This document shows positions 24,911 to 37,933 of a stretch of 64,000 nt of DNA, one piece after another. Location of the stretch: the NCBI GenBank assembly GCA_001662655.1, contig KV460206.1. One strand, written 5' to 3'. Position numbers and translations under genes: made by a program. Numbering within the stretch: position 1 is the stretch's first letter; the number at the start of each line of letters is the position of its first letter. Source of the stretch: Pseudogymnoascus verrucosus (lineage: Eukaryota). The notes under the pieces are model-generated. The model was not told the DNA's origin. It did not search any database and was given only the letters and a program-made list of their open reading frames with translations.

Positions 24911-26471
24911 CTACAAACGTGGAAGACGGGCTCGTCGTCTGCCTCCAGAGGTGGCAGGCGGAGTAGGAGTTGTAGAACTGGTAGGGCCCAAGATCCAAAT
25001 CTCTCCCGTGGCATCCGAGCTGACAAACAGCCTACCCGTGCCATCCAGGAACAAGCCAGCTGGTCTGAAGCAAGCACTTGGGCATTTCGTGATATCAGAG
25101 TTGGTGAAGAGATCCACCGCAGCGGTTTGACTGTCCGCAGCAGCTACGGGCTGGCCGTTGGCGAAATCAATCATGGCGACCCTGTAACCAACGGGAATTG
25201 GACTGTTCCTACACCGGGGGGTCAGAATCGTGTGTGTTTATTTACACTGTCGGTTACTTACCAGCTTCCGTGGAAGGAGACAAATGCTTTGCTTCCATCA
25301 GCGGCAAACTTGACATCCAGAGGTGCCGTATGCGGCTCAAATGTCAGCCTTGGCTTGACTCTTTCCTCACAGTCAGCATCGGTAACAGTCGTCGTCTGAT
25401 CTGTTACATCAACTGCGAACTGGCTGCCGACTGTCATGGACCCGATGTTTGGGATATCTGTGTTCCACACAGCGAGGCAGTTAGGATACCCGTAGTTACC
25501 ACCTTGGTTCTCGGTCGAGGCGAGGGTACCAACGAAGTTCATCTCCTCACCCGGGTTGGTGGCGTGGATATCCGTTCCACTTCGAGCGACATTATCAGCA
25601 GAGTTCTCAACGGTGAAGATGCCTCCAGTGGTGGGCTCCTCTCCAACTCCAACGGCGTTCCTCATGCCCCATCCGAGAATTCTCCCATCAGCTGTGAAGT
25701 CATACGGAGGGCTGGATGCGGTCAGGTTGGCGATATTGAAAGCTTTCAGGTGAGAGTGTCCACTCGACTTATCCTCAGCCAATGGGTCAATGTTCCCAGC
25801 GCTTCCACGGCTTAGAATTAGCCAGCCTGGCTCCTTCTTTGAAAGCAAGATGGTGCGTGTGCTGTGACCGGCATTGTTCATTCCAGTGACAATTGTTGAC
25901 TTTGTGCCCAGGGTAACTGCCTCCGCATCATATGGCCAGGAGAAGGCGGCATCGACGGAAGATGCGTATAGCGTCTTGCCATCCTCTGAGAGGCCAATTC
26001 CATGGTTGAGCTACTCAATATAATCAGCTCGGTCCCAAGTTATATATAAATCAAACATAAAACACCAGAAATAAAAAATAAATCGAGAGTAAAATAATAA
26101 ATAAACGACCAGAAAAATGCCCTTCTGAACAAACACAGCTTCTCCATAAGAATAACCACAATACTCACAACACTATCCGTAATCAACGTCGTCTTCTTAG
26201 CCAAAGTGAGACACGTCCCACCCCCATCTGTAAACTGAAGATGAACAATCCCAACCCCCTGCTGCACAACCAACAAATTCCCCTGCGAATCCAATTGCAT
26301 CCCCCTCGGCCTCGTCAGCCCCTTCGCAACCAAACTCCCTGTCCACCCATCCGCGAAAACCGGCTGCGCATAGCTCGGCGTCAGCGCCCCCGGACACGCA
26401 TCCTGCGCGGACGCTGTCAGGATATGGGCCAGGGAGGCGAGGAGCGCCGTGGAGGAAACGCTGATGTGCAT
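24911..26471 (-). CDS. Secreted soluble quinoprotein glucose/sorbosone dehydrogenase-like beta-propeller (CAZy AA12-like)
   Basis: Signal peptide MHISVSSTALLASLAHILTASA; motifs GLTRPRG, LNHGI, GHSTRT, GWGMRNAVGV, NPGEEMN, HTAPL, SFHGSW, CFRPAGL, VSSDATGEIW; two introns. Confidence 0.85.
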
Positions 26472-27746
26472 TTTGTAATTTATAACCAAAAAGGCCAACA
26501 GAGTTTCAAGGAATGTTAAGGTTAAGGACAGGCAGCGGCGATCCGGTGGAGGGTGCCACCACCTTATTTATAAGAAACCCCATAACCCTGTAATACTACA
26601 CATATATCACGGGCCCCGTCTCTGCACCGGCAGTGGTGAATTGAGTTTATGCTCAACTCCCTCAGGCCGCCCGCTCACTAGCCGGCCAAGTTCCATAGTA
26701 ATGATGCGTCAGAACACTCTATATATTACCAAGAAACCGGCGTGGGCGTGCTGCTGATTTATTTAGCCTGCGGATCTGAGCCAGAATGGAAGCTTGGCTT
26801 CATGGGTATCTGCTTGTGCTTCCCCGCTTCGCGCGATACGGGCACTCGGCGAAACGGTGGACTCGGCGAAACATCATGGTGATGCGATGCATTGGGTGCC
26901 GAACTGGGCAGGTAAGTAGATGATAGTGTCTGGGCAGTAAGAAGGAACGGACGTGGCCCCCCTGGTACCTGATTATCTAGAGTCACGTGTATAAGCATTC
27001 CTTCTCATTCGTCTCAAACATTCACATAAATGCAGTGCAATAAAGGACCCCGAGATCACTCAAAAGCTCATTAATTTTGACACCTAGGTGAACCATCCTT
27101 TTGCTCTAAAGTCACCCCCTTCCCCATAAACCATGAGGAACCAATGCATCATGCCCGCAATGTACCGCTCTCCCACCCCCGTCGCCCCCGGCAATCCCAT
27201 GCCGCCCTCAAATATCATTTTGGGAAAGAAACCCTTTATCCTCGCCCTTCTTTTTGCCGTACAACATAAAAATGTACGTCGTTGTTGAAATGCAGAGAAC
27301 AAAAACGCGAAGGCAAAAAACAAAACAAAGAACTCCGCCGAAACACCAACCCAACCAACCACCCCCCATTGTATGCATTACACAAACTTGTGCCGTAAAG
27401 GAAAAAATACCAGTAATGCACCACCACTCGTAAAAGAGTCATTTTCGCATATGCTTGCCTTGCGCAATGTTGGAAAACCCATGCCGCCCGCCGCCGCCGC
27501 CGACCCAAACTAAAACTCTTTTCCCCCACCGCATTAAAGAAAGAGCCATCGCATAGTCCAGACTTGCGAGAATAACAAGGAGCCTGAAAAGAAATATTTT
27601 CCAAGACAGGAACGGTTCTGACACACGAGCTGTAACGTTGCATGTCAACCGTCAATAAACCCTAGGAAGAAGCACCACGATATCCACGGTGGAAGTAGCC
27701 GACTATACTCGACATCTCGAACACCCCATAGGAGAAGACAGCCGCC

Positions 27747-30700
27747 TTAAACAACAGTCATCATCTGCATGCGTTGACCAAGATTGCGAGTCGGAGACGA
27801 GTCAATCGTTGTATTCAAAACCGCATTGCTGCTCTGTGACCGGTTGATATTAGGCGGGCTAGCAAGGGGATCGGTAAAGACCCTTGTAAACGCCGGACTC
27901 GAGTCATGGTTGAGATGAGGACTGCGGTATGGGCTTTGTGTGGTCCCATCAGCCTTGCGGATTATCTCAGACAGCGCACGGGACAAAGCATTGGCTCGTT
28001 GCACAAGATCCTTTAAACTCGTCGTGTCAAATGGCATCTTACTTGGCGTTCCATTTGGGGCTGCTGTGAAGATCGGGTCCGAAGTGGCCCTATGCTGATG
28101 GATGTTTTGCATGACAGAGCGTGCCACTTCCGAAGTATCCTTGCTGGCTTGGCGTCGAGGAACTGTTCTCGGAGTCTGGGCTTCTTCAAAAGACCCAAAG
28201 ATGTCGTCCTCAGGAGAGAAAACCGACTTACGTCTCGGGCGAGTGTTGCCGTACACCGCCGTGGAACGAATTGGCTTGTCATCCTCCTCGTCTTGGAATC
28301 CCGAATCCCGAGTAGAGTCGATATGAACCGTTGTCTCGTGATTCTGGCCTCCATCACGAGAAATAACAGCCGCCAGCGGAGACTGTGGTGGCGATAGCGT
28401 CTCGTCCTCTTCGTCTGGGATTGCCAGAGCTATGATACCTTCTGCCTCCCTCCACTTGTCCGCAGAGGGCCCTTCCAGAAGGCCCTTCTCACGGGCTAGC
28501 CCTCTTAGTCGCTTGAGGTCTTCAACCAACAGGCATACTTCGCGGATCTGCCCAACATGCCCAACGACATTCGCCTGACTTGCACGAATTGCCGGAGGAA
28601 CTAGCATAGGCGCGCCACTCCCGAGAGTTGGCAGGTCATCTCCCTCATCAATATCCATAACGTCAAACTCAAAATCGTTATCCCAATCCTCACTCACACC
28701 CTTGCCTCCTAATCCCCACGTCCCGAACTTCGGTGCTAGCTTAGTATCGCGGTTGCCACCAACATCTGGCACGACTGGGACGCTTTGACTGCGAATATGC
28801 AAAGCGCTTGGACGATTCCGTCCAACGGCCCTTCCGCCGCGATCGTTACCCTGTTTACCATGCACAGTCTTCGGCCTTGGTGAGTTTCCCATATTATCCA
28901 CCTTCTCTTGCATCAGCGGCTCAGACCAATCAAACACACTTCGAGGCCGGCTCTCAGGTTGACGACCATTGCGCGCGGAGGAACCGCTTTCAGTGACGTC
29001 CATCAGAGCCGAGCGTAGAGCATGGCTAACTCTTAACGAGTTAAGTGAGTTTGACGGCGGGGAAAGAGGGTTGCTGAGCGCATCGCTGTCGTCATCTCTC
29101 GTCCAGTCTTCATCATCATCATCATCGCCTAGGGACATGCGACCGAATTCCGTAGTAGCCAAGCAGAAGCTTGGAGGCGAAGAGCGAACCATAGGATCTA
29201 TATCCATGTCGGTGTCCTGCCTTATCGGCGTGCTGTAAATATCGCCATTGAGCCGCCGCCTGTTTCTAATTGGCGTGGACATACCCTCATCCTCCTCCAC
29301 GATGCTGTCATCGACATTCCGGAATCCCGACATTGCCCCCAGGTCGTTAAACTCCGCTGCTTTGGATCTCGCACCACTGCTAGGTGGCGATTCGTCGAAC
29401 ATAGAGTCTAGAGGGGTGCTCCGTGCCCTCAAACTGGCAGTTGCCCCTGTCCTAAGGGAATCATAAGCTGTGTCGCTTTGGAAGTCTGTCTCGTCATCTT
29501 CGCCTGATGCGAAAGCCTTAGCATCTGAATCGGAGCCGACAAGCGTCGACGCTTGGTCTGAGGTATTCAACTCAGGAAGTCGAGGTGGGTATTGTTGGTG
29601 GATAACAACCGGGTGGGAGGAAAGGCCTTTAAACTTGCCGCTCGAAGAGGGGCGGGAGGTAGTTCGTATGCCATCTGAAGAAGCCGGCGAAGTTGGTGTC
29701 CGAAGTCGCGCGGTTAAATTAGGAGTTGGGTCTGGCCCATTCAAGTCTAAGTTGAAGCTCGATAGTCGCGAGATTGTAGGCAACGGAGAAGAGGTATTTC
29801 TGGTACGAGGGCGAGGTAAGGTCCCCTGAAAATTCTTCGGCGAAACGTCTATGTCCTGTTGGTAAGGGGAAGTGTCGAAGGTATCGTGGGTAGTAGGCCC
29901 CTGAGACGACGTAGCGCGATCAAGTACTGTCGATAAAGGGGCCGAAATGTTGCGCTTAGCAGCCCCTCGCCCTAGGTCGCGGCTCTTTGTCAACCGGACG
30001 CTATTCGATTTGGTGATCCATGTTGCAGGGGAACCGAAATTTAACGATATTGACTGGCGTGGCCGCTTATGAGTCTCATAATCGCTGGAATGGATACCAG
30101 AGTCATCTCCAGGATGCGGCGATCCCGTACCGCTATCTATACTCATGACTGAATCCCTATTCCTGATCTTGCTGGCTCTCGCAGGATCCTCGATTAGGGA
30201 TGGCTTCATTAAAGTTGGAAGTGCCGAGCCATCTGGTGTAACTACTCTCTTAAAGGTAGAATAGAACCCATCCGCGCTATTGTCGTTTATTGCTGTGGAT
30301 GGGCGATCTTTTGCTAGCCTTGTTCGCCGAGATGTAAAATATGGTCGCCAGGATACCCGGCGTGGGGTTGGCGCAAACTCGTGTATTAAGGTAACGGGAA
30401 ACTCTTCCTGGAGTGGAGAGGCCTCTGGTCCGGACTCTTCCTCCCTGTATTGTTGCTGTAAAGTGACAGAACGCTGGTGGCTGGTGGCCGGCCTGCGTAG
30501 AGTTGGTATGCGTTGGTTTGATGACGGCCTCGAAGGCGTATTTCCACTCGGCGCTCGAATAGAAGTTGAGCGTTTGACTAACTTGTTAGGCTCTAATTGG
30601 GACGGACTACTTCCATTGTGTAAAATGGGGCCTGTCGACCCGTGGGAGAACAACGAAGGAGAATCGGGCCCTATGCTTGACCGAGGACTTCCATTCTGTG

Positions 30701-31298
30701 AATTTGGTATAACAGACAACCTTCGCATCCAAGACCCCTTTGACGAAATCGAGTCCAGTCGGTCCTCACTTCCTTGCTCAGGGGTTGATGTCCTCTCGCC
30801 CAATCTACTGAGCGACCCTATCCGCCTTGTATTATTTATGGGGGAGTCGTTTGATGTGAATGTGTTGTTGATGTATCGGTGGCTTGGGTATGATGACGGC
30901 TGGATTGGGGAGGAAGCAGACAATTGACCACGACGCGGCGTGTTTATGACGGAGCTTGTTGCTGGGCGTACGGGTGGAGAGGAATAGCTTCTGTGCTGAG
31001 CGTCATATTCGGTGGCCTTTCTTTTGTTCGAAGAAGGTCGAGATGTGCCGGGAGTTTGTGGTTGACCAAAGGCCAGGCCGGTGACAGCAACCCCGACTGT
31101 ACTTGAAGCGACAAGCTGTTGAAGGCACTTGTTAGCAGGGCATTCTTTAGCTATCATACTGAAGGGGGTATTCTGAGCCGAAGGCAATGCTGGCTGCCAG
31201 ACCACGGCAAGCTCTGCGATTGAGGTGCTCGCCCGGCTAGACGTCGACATGCACGGAAAAGGGAGCAAGGCCGATCTTACACTTGGGATTGATTTCAT
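27747..31298 (-). CDS. Large Ser/Pro-rich, mostly disordered hypothetical protein
   Basis: 1188-codon open frame with ordered-looking blocks (FGTWGLG..SEDWDNDFEF; HVGQIREVCLLVEDLKRLR). Probable ATG at 31298 (MKSIPS), with an in-frame GTAAGA..GCTAAC..CAG intron near 31280-31116. Confidence 0.8.
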   Translation of the reverse strand: MKSIPSVRSALLPFPCMSTSSRASTSIAELAVVWQPALPSAQNTPFSMIAKECPANKCLQQLVASSTVGVAVTGLAFGQPQTPGTSRPSSNKRKATEYDAQHRSYSSPPVRPATSSVINTPRRGQLSASSPIQPSSYPSHRYINNTFTSNDSPINNTRRIGSLSRLGERTSTPEQGSEDRLDSISSKGSWMRRLSVIPNSQNGSPRSSIGPDSPSLFSHGSTGPILHNGSSPSQLEPNKLVKRSTSIRAPSGNTPSRPSSNQRIPTLRRPATSHQRSVTLQQQYREEESGPEASPLQEEFPVTLIHEFAPTPRRVSWRPYFTSRRTRLAKDRPSTAINDNSADGFYSTFKRVVTPDGSALPTLMKPSLIEDPARASKIRNRDSVMSIDSGTGSPHPGDDSGIHSSDYETHKRPRQSISLNFGSPATWITKSNSVRLTKSRDLGRGAAKRNISAPLSTVLDRATSSQGPTTHDTFDTSPYQQDIDVSPKNFQGTLPRPRTRNTSSPLPTISRLSSFNLDLNGPDPTPNLTARLRTPTSPASSDGIRTTSRPSSSGKFKGLSSHPVVIHQQYPPRLPELNTSDQASTLVGSDSDAKAFASGEDDETDFQSDTAYDSLRTGATASLRARSTPLDSMFDESPPSSGARSKAAEFNDLGAMSGFRNVDDSIVEEDEGMSTPIRNRRRLNGDIYSTPIRQDTDMDIDPMVRSSPPSFCLATTEFGRMSLGDDDDDEDWTRDDDSDALSNPLSPPSNSLNSLRVSHALRSALMDVTESGSSARNGRQPESRPRSVFDWSEPLMQEKVDNMGNSPRPKTVHGKQGNDRGGRAVGRNRPSALHIRSQSVPVVPDVGGNRDTKLAPKFGTWGLGGKGVSEDWDNDFEFDVMDIDEGDDLPTLGSGAPMLVPPAIRASQANVVGHVGQIREVCLLVEDLKRLRGLAREKGLLEGPSADKWREAEGIIALAIPDEEDETLSPPQSPLAAVISRDGGQNHETTVHIDSTRDSGFQDEEDDKPIRSTAVYGNTRPRRKSVFSPEDDIFGSFEEAQTPRTVPRRQASKDTSEVARSVMQNIHQHRATSDPIFTAAPNGTPSKMPFDTTSLKDLVQRANALSRALSEIIRKADGTTQSPYRSPHLNHDSSPAFTRVFTDPLASPPNINRSQSSNAVLNTTIDSSPTRNLGQRMQMMTVV

Positions 31299-34200
31299 CG
31301 TGAGACTCCCCAACCACCACAGGCACAGCGACCGAGAGAAGAGAGAGGCACCGAGGACGAAACGGACGTTGTGCGGGGAGTCATTAGTGATGTTGATGTC
31401 CGGACAGAATAGTTTTTTGGTGGGCGAAGAGTGGGACGAAACGTAAATCGAGAGTAAACAACAATCTGATGGAGGGCTCCGTGAGAAAAAGGCCCTTCAA
31501 CTGACGGCCCGGTAAATACAATGGAACAAGGGCAAGAACCAATAACTGAGTACCCGTAACAAGAGAAAAGAATGAATGTGCCTTTCAAAGACGACGTCGG
31601 TATTGTTTGTTGTTGTGGCCGTAAAGAGGAAGGCAGAGGATCTGTCTGGCTCCTGTGGTGGTGGAGTGCAGTTGCAGCAGTGCAGGTGAAGGCGTAGAGG
31701 CGGGCTACAGTGGACAGTACTATTTTCTTACCCGTAGGCACGACACAGCGCAGCCAGTCGACAACCACAAACTTTTAAGAATCGGGTGTATAGTACATGG
31801 GAGTGTATAGGGTACAAGGAGTACATAATAACAATAACAGCAGGACGACACCATAACACATAACACCATGCTAACTCCATATACAGGATATACACATACA
31901 CGTACACAACACACGACCAATACTACTTCGTTATACCATAATCTAGTAGTAGGAGGAGTAGGAGGAGTATGAGGTGCATGTATCCACGAGGCTCTACTGC
32001 CGGACTAGAGTGGACAGTAGGCATGCACAAGTACTCGTGTCTCCCCTCCTGTCTTTCCTTGTCTTTCCTGTATTTCTTTCTGTTCCTCTTCTGCATAGAA
32101 TCCCCGCTGGAGTTGATTGAGTTGATTGACAATTCCTCCATTCGCTATGGTTCAATCGCTCCTTAGATACACCTCACTCCACTCCCTAGGGACAATTCTA
32201 TCTGGGGGCGAATAGAGATGCTAGAAAGGCCACCCGTCTCTAAGGTACTGTACATATCATCCCTAGACACTCCGCCCCCCAGCTACAGGTCGATCCATGC
32301 AGAGTTTCAGGTATTGCTGTTCCAGCCAGCATATATCATGCTAGGCATTCCCTTGGTCGTTACAATTGGGTGGCTTGCCGCAGGGTGCCACTCTGGTAAG
32401 AGTACCGTGAGTACTGTGAGTACATTAAATACCGAAAATACTACCTATACCATCCTGCTATACCACCCTATACCACCTTTCCAAGGTGAAGGCGTATCAT
32501 GGAAGGGGCCTACTGATAGGGAAGTCCGACGCCTTGCCACGCCCCCATCTCCCATATCCTTGCTCCGATGGCTTCCATGTTATGCCTCTGATCAGAGCTA
32601 AGGGTGGAGCTAAGTCGATGGCTATGAGATCTACCATGGAGCCTGATATCGCAAGATGGCTTGGTACGGATATTCCCAGACCGGCTCAGGCACTGCGCTG
32701 TGATACCGATAGACATATCCAATGGCCCTCACCGGCGGCTTGAATTAACGGTCACTCTAATTTCTTATGGGCTACGTGCAGCCATAATCCATTCTTCGAT
32801 CCGTGTGCGCCCTATACACTGTAGTTACCCACAAGCACAAGCGTGCCTTCGGCAAGGCACAGCTTACACATACACCACGGAATCATCCCCCTTCCCCTGT
32901 GCTTGCTCTCGCAACGCGCAACGCGGTAAGTGGTGCCAGTGACACATTGGTAGTGCAGAGTACAGGCCGCAAGAGTTGTATCAAAGGTCATTCAAGAGAT
33001 AACCCAACCTGTTATTTCTGCTGGAAACAAGTGCAGAACAAGTCTTGTTTGTTCCATGTATCTTCATCCAACTGCTTTGCACGAGCACGGCAGGCAGGAC
33101 TAGAAGTGAGAAGGGCTTGGTCCAGGCTGTGGAACGGACCCAATCCATGCAGCTATCGTCAGCATTTGGCGGGGAGTCAAGTTGAGGCGTAAGATAGCTC
33201 CCTGCCGTCCAAGGTAAGGGCAAGCCTGCTCCCTGCCTCATAGTTTGAGCCCCTCGTTGTAAGCCAAACGCGTGATATACGCAAGGTCAGGCGTTATGAG
33301 GTGTTATTTTCGAAGCGAAATAAAAGCTAGGATTTATCCTCTCCTAAATACCTCCTTACAGCAACAGCTCGTCAAGAAGTAATCAATCTGTTCATTGTTA
33401 AACCTTTGTTGCTCCCCAAGGGTAAATATTATTGTTTATGTCATTGCCCAACGCAGATCACCGAAACGCGCTCCACATATGGATTTGCGACTAACCTAGC
33501 TTTACCAAGGTATGGGATGTACCTGGCGCCATCAGCTCCCACATCGCTCAACCCCTCACTTTGTTCCCGGAAGAATCGGTTGTCCCTCGTGCCTGCCTCG
33601 CGAGAAATCCTAATGTATATAGACATACCAGATACAAATGGCGGATCTTCCCTAAGAGAGGGCTTTTACTTGCGTTGGTAGCTCCATTGATAGGATCCGC
33701 CAGTAGCGTGTAGATGATCACGCAAGTAATAGTGTACGTACGGAGCAGGGCCAGCATCGGCGTACCATAAGACAGCACCGCAAGCATGCCCGAATCTCAC
33801 TTACTAGCAGACGATTTGTCTTGGTAGGTCCAGACGGGTTTGGGTTGCGTTGTGTTGTTGTGGTTCGCAAAGACAGTCCAATTAGCGAGTGAAGACGGCG
33901 TCTCCGTCTTTTCATGCCCCTGTTCCTATCGGCGCCAGAGATTCTACTCTATAAACTAGCTCCATTATGAGCTGAATCCTCCACCACCCAGTCTCTTTTC
34001 TACTCACACATGCCACGAGTTTGTGTGGGATTCCGCACAGATCCTAGGCTAAGATATCACGGGCATTGATTGCTGCTCAACAGTTCTCGCCACCTGAGAC
34101 ATTTTATATCTAAAACATTTGGCCGATGGAACTAATACTGATAAATCGACAAGTTGCCCGGCAACATATGGCATGACGTACCGAATGCTAAGGTAGCTAG

Positions 34201-35266
34201 CTCGTAGTGGGGTGGTCGGCTGTGGGAGAACAATGGATACGAGTATCTCCGACCAGTCTCTAGTGGATGCTTACCTTCTTCGTTTCAGCGGGGGTGCAGC
34301 ATCGTAACTAAACTAAACTGTATGGTGTACGACTATGTACTAGATTTCAAAGCAAAGATGCGAGAGGTTCCTGTGTCCATGGAGAGACGGGAGCTTCGCA
34401 CGCACAAACGGAGTATAATGGAAAGAGGAGATGATCTGTACCGGGCGTACAACGAGCCGGCTGAAAAGTCGTGTTGGATCTGGGCGCTTGAACAATCTAG
34501 GAAATCGCGCCGCCACGAGGCGCTTGACTAGAGGAACCCATAACTGTGGACAAACTTGACAAAACAGGTTTCCCATACCACCTTAAGCCACGAACAGAAT
34601 GCCGGTAGAGAGGAGGGCAATATCTGGGGATCGGATTGGAGCAAGGATCGCGCGGCAACAAGAAGTCCCCTCCATCTACTTTTTTTCCTTGAACCTGCAC
34701 CAATTTCATGGGATCCCGTCAACCCCTTGGGGACCTCACCGCTTCTCGAGTCACATATAAGATGAAATATTGGCAAGGTATCAAACATAGCGCCAACATC
34801 CTGTCCCTCAGCTTTGTCTAAAATTGAGTCTGGGTGGGTGGAATGTCTTCCGTCAGATATTTTGTCTGCATTGCATATGGTGGTAATTGCAGTTGGACTG
34901 CCTTACGTGACCTCTGACCAATCTGACGCGAGGAATTGATCGAGCGTGGTGTCAGGCTGGAACGGCCCAATGATCTTGCCCTACATAATCCTATTACATG
35001 CCTAGGGCTATATCTATCCCAGACATACATGCAGCTTATTGCACCTGACGAGCATTTTTTCTGGAGCCGGGACTCAGGCGAGTCCGTTGCTCCGTCTCAC
35101 CCTATAAGATTAGCACTTTCAGGGAGTAGCGCCGTAGTTTGCTAGGATGTGCCATATATGTATGCTTTGGTAAGGATTTCAAAAGGAGGGGAAGGGGCGT
35201 TTGAGGTTCGTGCGAACCGAGCCTCTCAAAAATCGCGTGCTTTAAATAGCTACCTACCTAGTCAAA

Positions 35267-35309
35267 ACGCGTCGCGGCTATGGGAGCGACGCGTCTCTTT
35301 AACACGCGT
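35267..35309. promoter_or_regulatory. Cluster of three ACGCGT (MCB-like) boxes; two form an inverted repeat
   Basis: ACGCGT at 35267, 35289 and 35304; ACGCGTCGC-N10-GCGACGCGT. Confidence 0.45.
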
Positions 35310-35452
35310 GTAATTTAGGCCATCTTCGGCTTAGCGTAAGAGCCTCTTAGTTCTGCCGGATACAGCACTGACCGCCTCCAATATTTCGAACGTGGGGAAT
35401 CTAGACGTAGCTTCAAAGCCACACTGAGACAAACGAATTAAACCACGAGACT

Positions 35453-35459
35453 TGACTCA
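35453..35459. promoter_or_regulatory. Candidate Cpc1/Gcn4 site TGACTCA upstream of GCN20
   Basis: TTGACTCAT about 160 bp before the ATG. Confidence 0.5.
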
Positions 35460-35618
35460 TCTCTCCTTTTCCAAGGTCGACCTGTACTACTTGTGTTTGT
35501 ACTGTACGATCACAAATACAGCTATTGTCCAAGTCCGACCCCGTCTCAGAAACTGCTCGGCCCGGAATTTAGTGGCGAAAGGACAACGACAGACCTTGTA
35601 CCATAAATTATAGAAAAA

Positions 35619-37933
35619 ATGGAGGCCGAAATCAGAGGATCGATTCCGAATATCGACCCTATCCTCACGGAATATTCGGTGGGATATCTCTCGCACGCCT
35701 CGAGCTCATACACCGATGCCGAGTCCACGGGGACGTCACCATTAGCTGAGGCCGTTGCGTCCATTACGGCCCTGCTCATATCAGCATCTGGCGAGACATC
35801 AGAGAAGAATGAGACACAAATCCGCCAGCTAGTCGAGAAATGGGCGGCGAAATTCGGAGCTGCCAATGCATCAAATGTGGACTTGAGCGGAGCGTCTGGG
35901 GCGGCCAAGAGATTGGACCAGGCTATCCAAGTGAGCACACAGCGGAATATGTCTTCCACATTGGGCATTACAACCACGGGTGTGGACTTGGAGTCGGCGA
36001 ATACGAGGAAGCTTGAGTCTAAGGTCGATCGCAAGAAGTTAGAGAAGGCAGAGAGGAAGATTGCTGCTAAGCAGAACAAGAAGGAGTACAAGGCTGTTGA
36101 ATATGAGGCTTCTAAATTGCTCAACCAGACGGATGATACGCAGTCCTATGAAGAGTTCTTCATGGCTGTTAACCCTCTGCAGCTGGGATCGAATGCCATG
36201 GGACAGGCTAAGAGCAAGGATATTAAGCTTGATGGTATTGATGTGACGATTGGTGGATTAAGAATTCTGACGGATACCAACTTGACGTTGGCATACGGTA
36301 GGCGTTATGGTCTGGTTGGTCAGAACGGTATCGGAAAATCTACTCTTCTGAGAGCGCTGGCAAGAAGAGAACTTGCCATTCCAGTGCATATTTCCATTCT
36401 GCATGTGGAGCAAGAGGTATGTTGAACCTTATACCCCATAAAGTGCAAAAACTAACTACGATTAAGATATCTGGAGATGATACCCCTGCTATACAGGCAG
36501 TGTTAGACGCTGACGTGTGGAGAAAACATCTCTTGTCTGAACAAGAAAAACTGTCCAAACAGTTGTCAGCTATGGAGGCGGAGCGCTCAGCTATGGCTGA
36601 CACCTCTGTTGACGCCGCAAGGATTGACCGCGAGCGTGATGCATTGGACCAAACGCTTGGTGACGTACAAGGGAAACTTGCAGAAATGGAGTCTGACAAG
36701 GCGGAACCTCGTGCTGCCAGTATCCTGGCTGGTTTGGGTTTCTCACCCGAGCGCCAGAAGTTTGCTACAAAGACCTTCTCTGGAGGTTGGCGTATGCGTC
36801 TGGCACTGGCCAGAGCCCTTTTCTGCGAGCCGGATCTTTTACTCCTGGACGAACCGTCCAATATGTTGGACGTCCCATCTATTACTTTCCTCTCGAATTA
36901 TCTGCAAACCTACCCCAGCACGGTTCTGGTAGTTTCTCACGACAGAGCCTTCCTAAACGAAGTTGCCACAGACATTATCCACCAGCACTCGGAGCGTCTC
37001 GATTACTACAAGGGCTCCAATTTCGACTCCTTCTATGCCAATAGGGAGGAGCGTCGGAAGACAGCGATACGCGAATATGAAAACCAAATGGTTGTCAGAG
37101 CGCACCTGCAAAATTTCATTGACAAGTTCCGTTATAATGCCGCAAAATCGTCCGAGGCACAGTCCAGAATCAAGAAGCTGGAGAAAATGCCTATTCTCGA
37201 GGCACCGGAGAAAGAGTACAGTGTCCACTTCAAGTTCCCCGAAGTCGAGAAACTTTCGCCTCCTATTATTCAGATGACGGATGTGAGCTTCGGGTACACA
37301 CCTGATAAGCCACTTCTCAGGAACGTCGATCTCGACGTTCAACTCGACTCCCGTATTGGTATCGTTGGTCCCAACGGTGCTGGTAAAACGACTGTACTTA
37401 AGCTGCTGATTGGCCAGTTGACGCCTACGAAGGGTCTTATTTCTCAGAACCCCAGACTTAGAGTTGGCTTCTTTGCTCAACATCACGTTGATGCCTTGGA
37501 TCTCAACGATAGCGCTGTCGGCTTTATGTCTAAGAACTACCCTGGAAAGCCCGACGAAGACTACAGAAGACATCTTGGTGCCTTCGGTATCACTGGTATG
37601 ACTGGTCTACAGAAGATGGAGTTACTCTCTGGAGGACAGAAATCTAGGGTAGCATTCGCATGCTTGTCACTCCAAAACCCACACATCCTGGTTCTTGATG
37701 AGCCTTCTAATCATTTGGATATTGAGGCTATGGATGCCTTGGCTCAGGCATTGAAGCAGTTCCAGGGAGGTATTCTTATGGTTTCTCACGACGTGACGAT
37801 GCTCCAAACTGTTTGCACGTCATTATGGGTCTGCGACGAGGGTATCGTGGAGAAGTTCCCTGGCGATGTCCAGGCGTACAAGAAGAGAATTACTGCTCAG
37901 GCCGATGCAGCCGGTGTAGCAGCAGCGCATTAG
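35619..37933 (+). CDS. GCN20: ABC-F translational regulator Gcn20
   Basis: Two ABC domains (GQNGIGKST, FSGGWRMR, LLLDEP; GPNGAGKT, LSGGQKSR), no transmembrane segments, Gcn20-type N-terminus. Intron 36417-36466 with an AAG acceptor. Confidence 0.93.
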
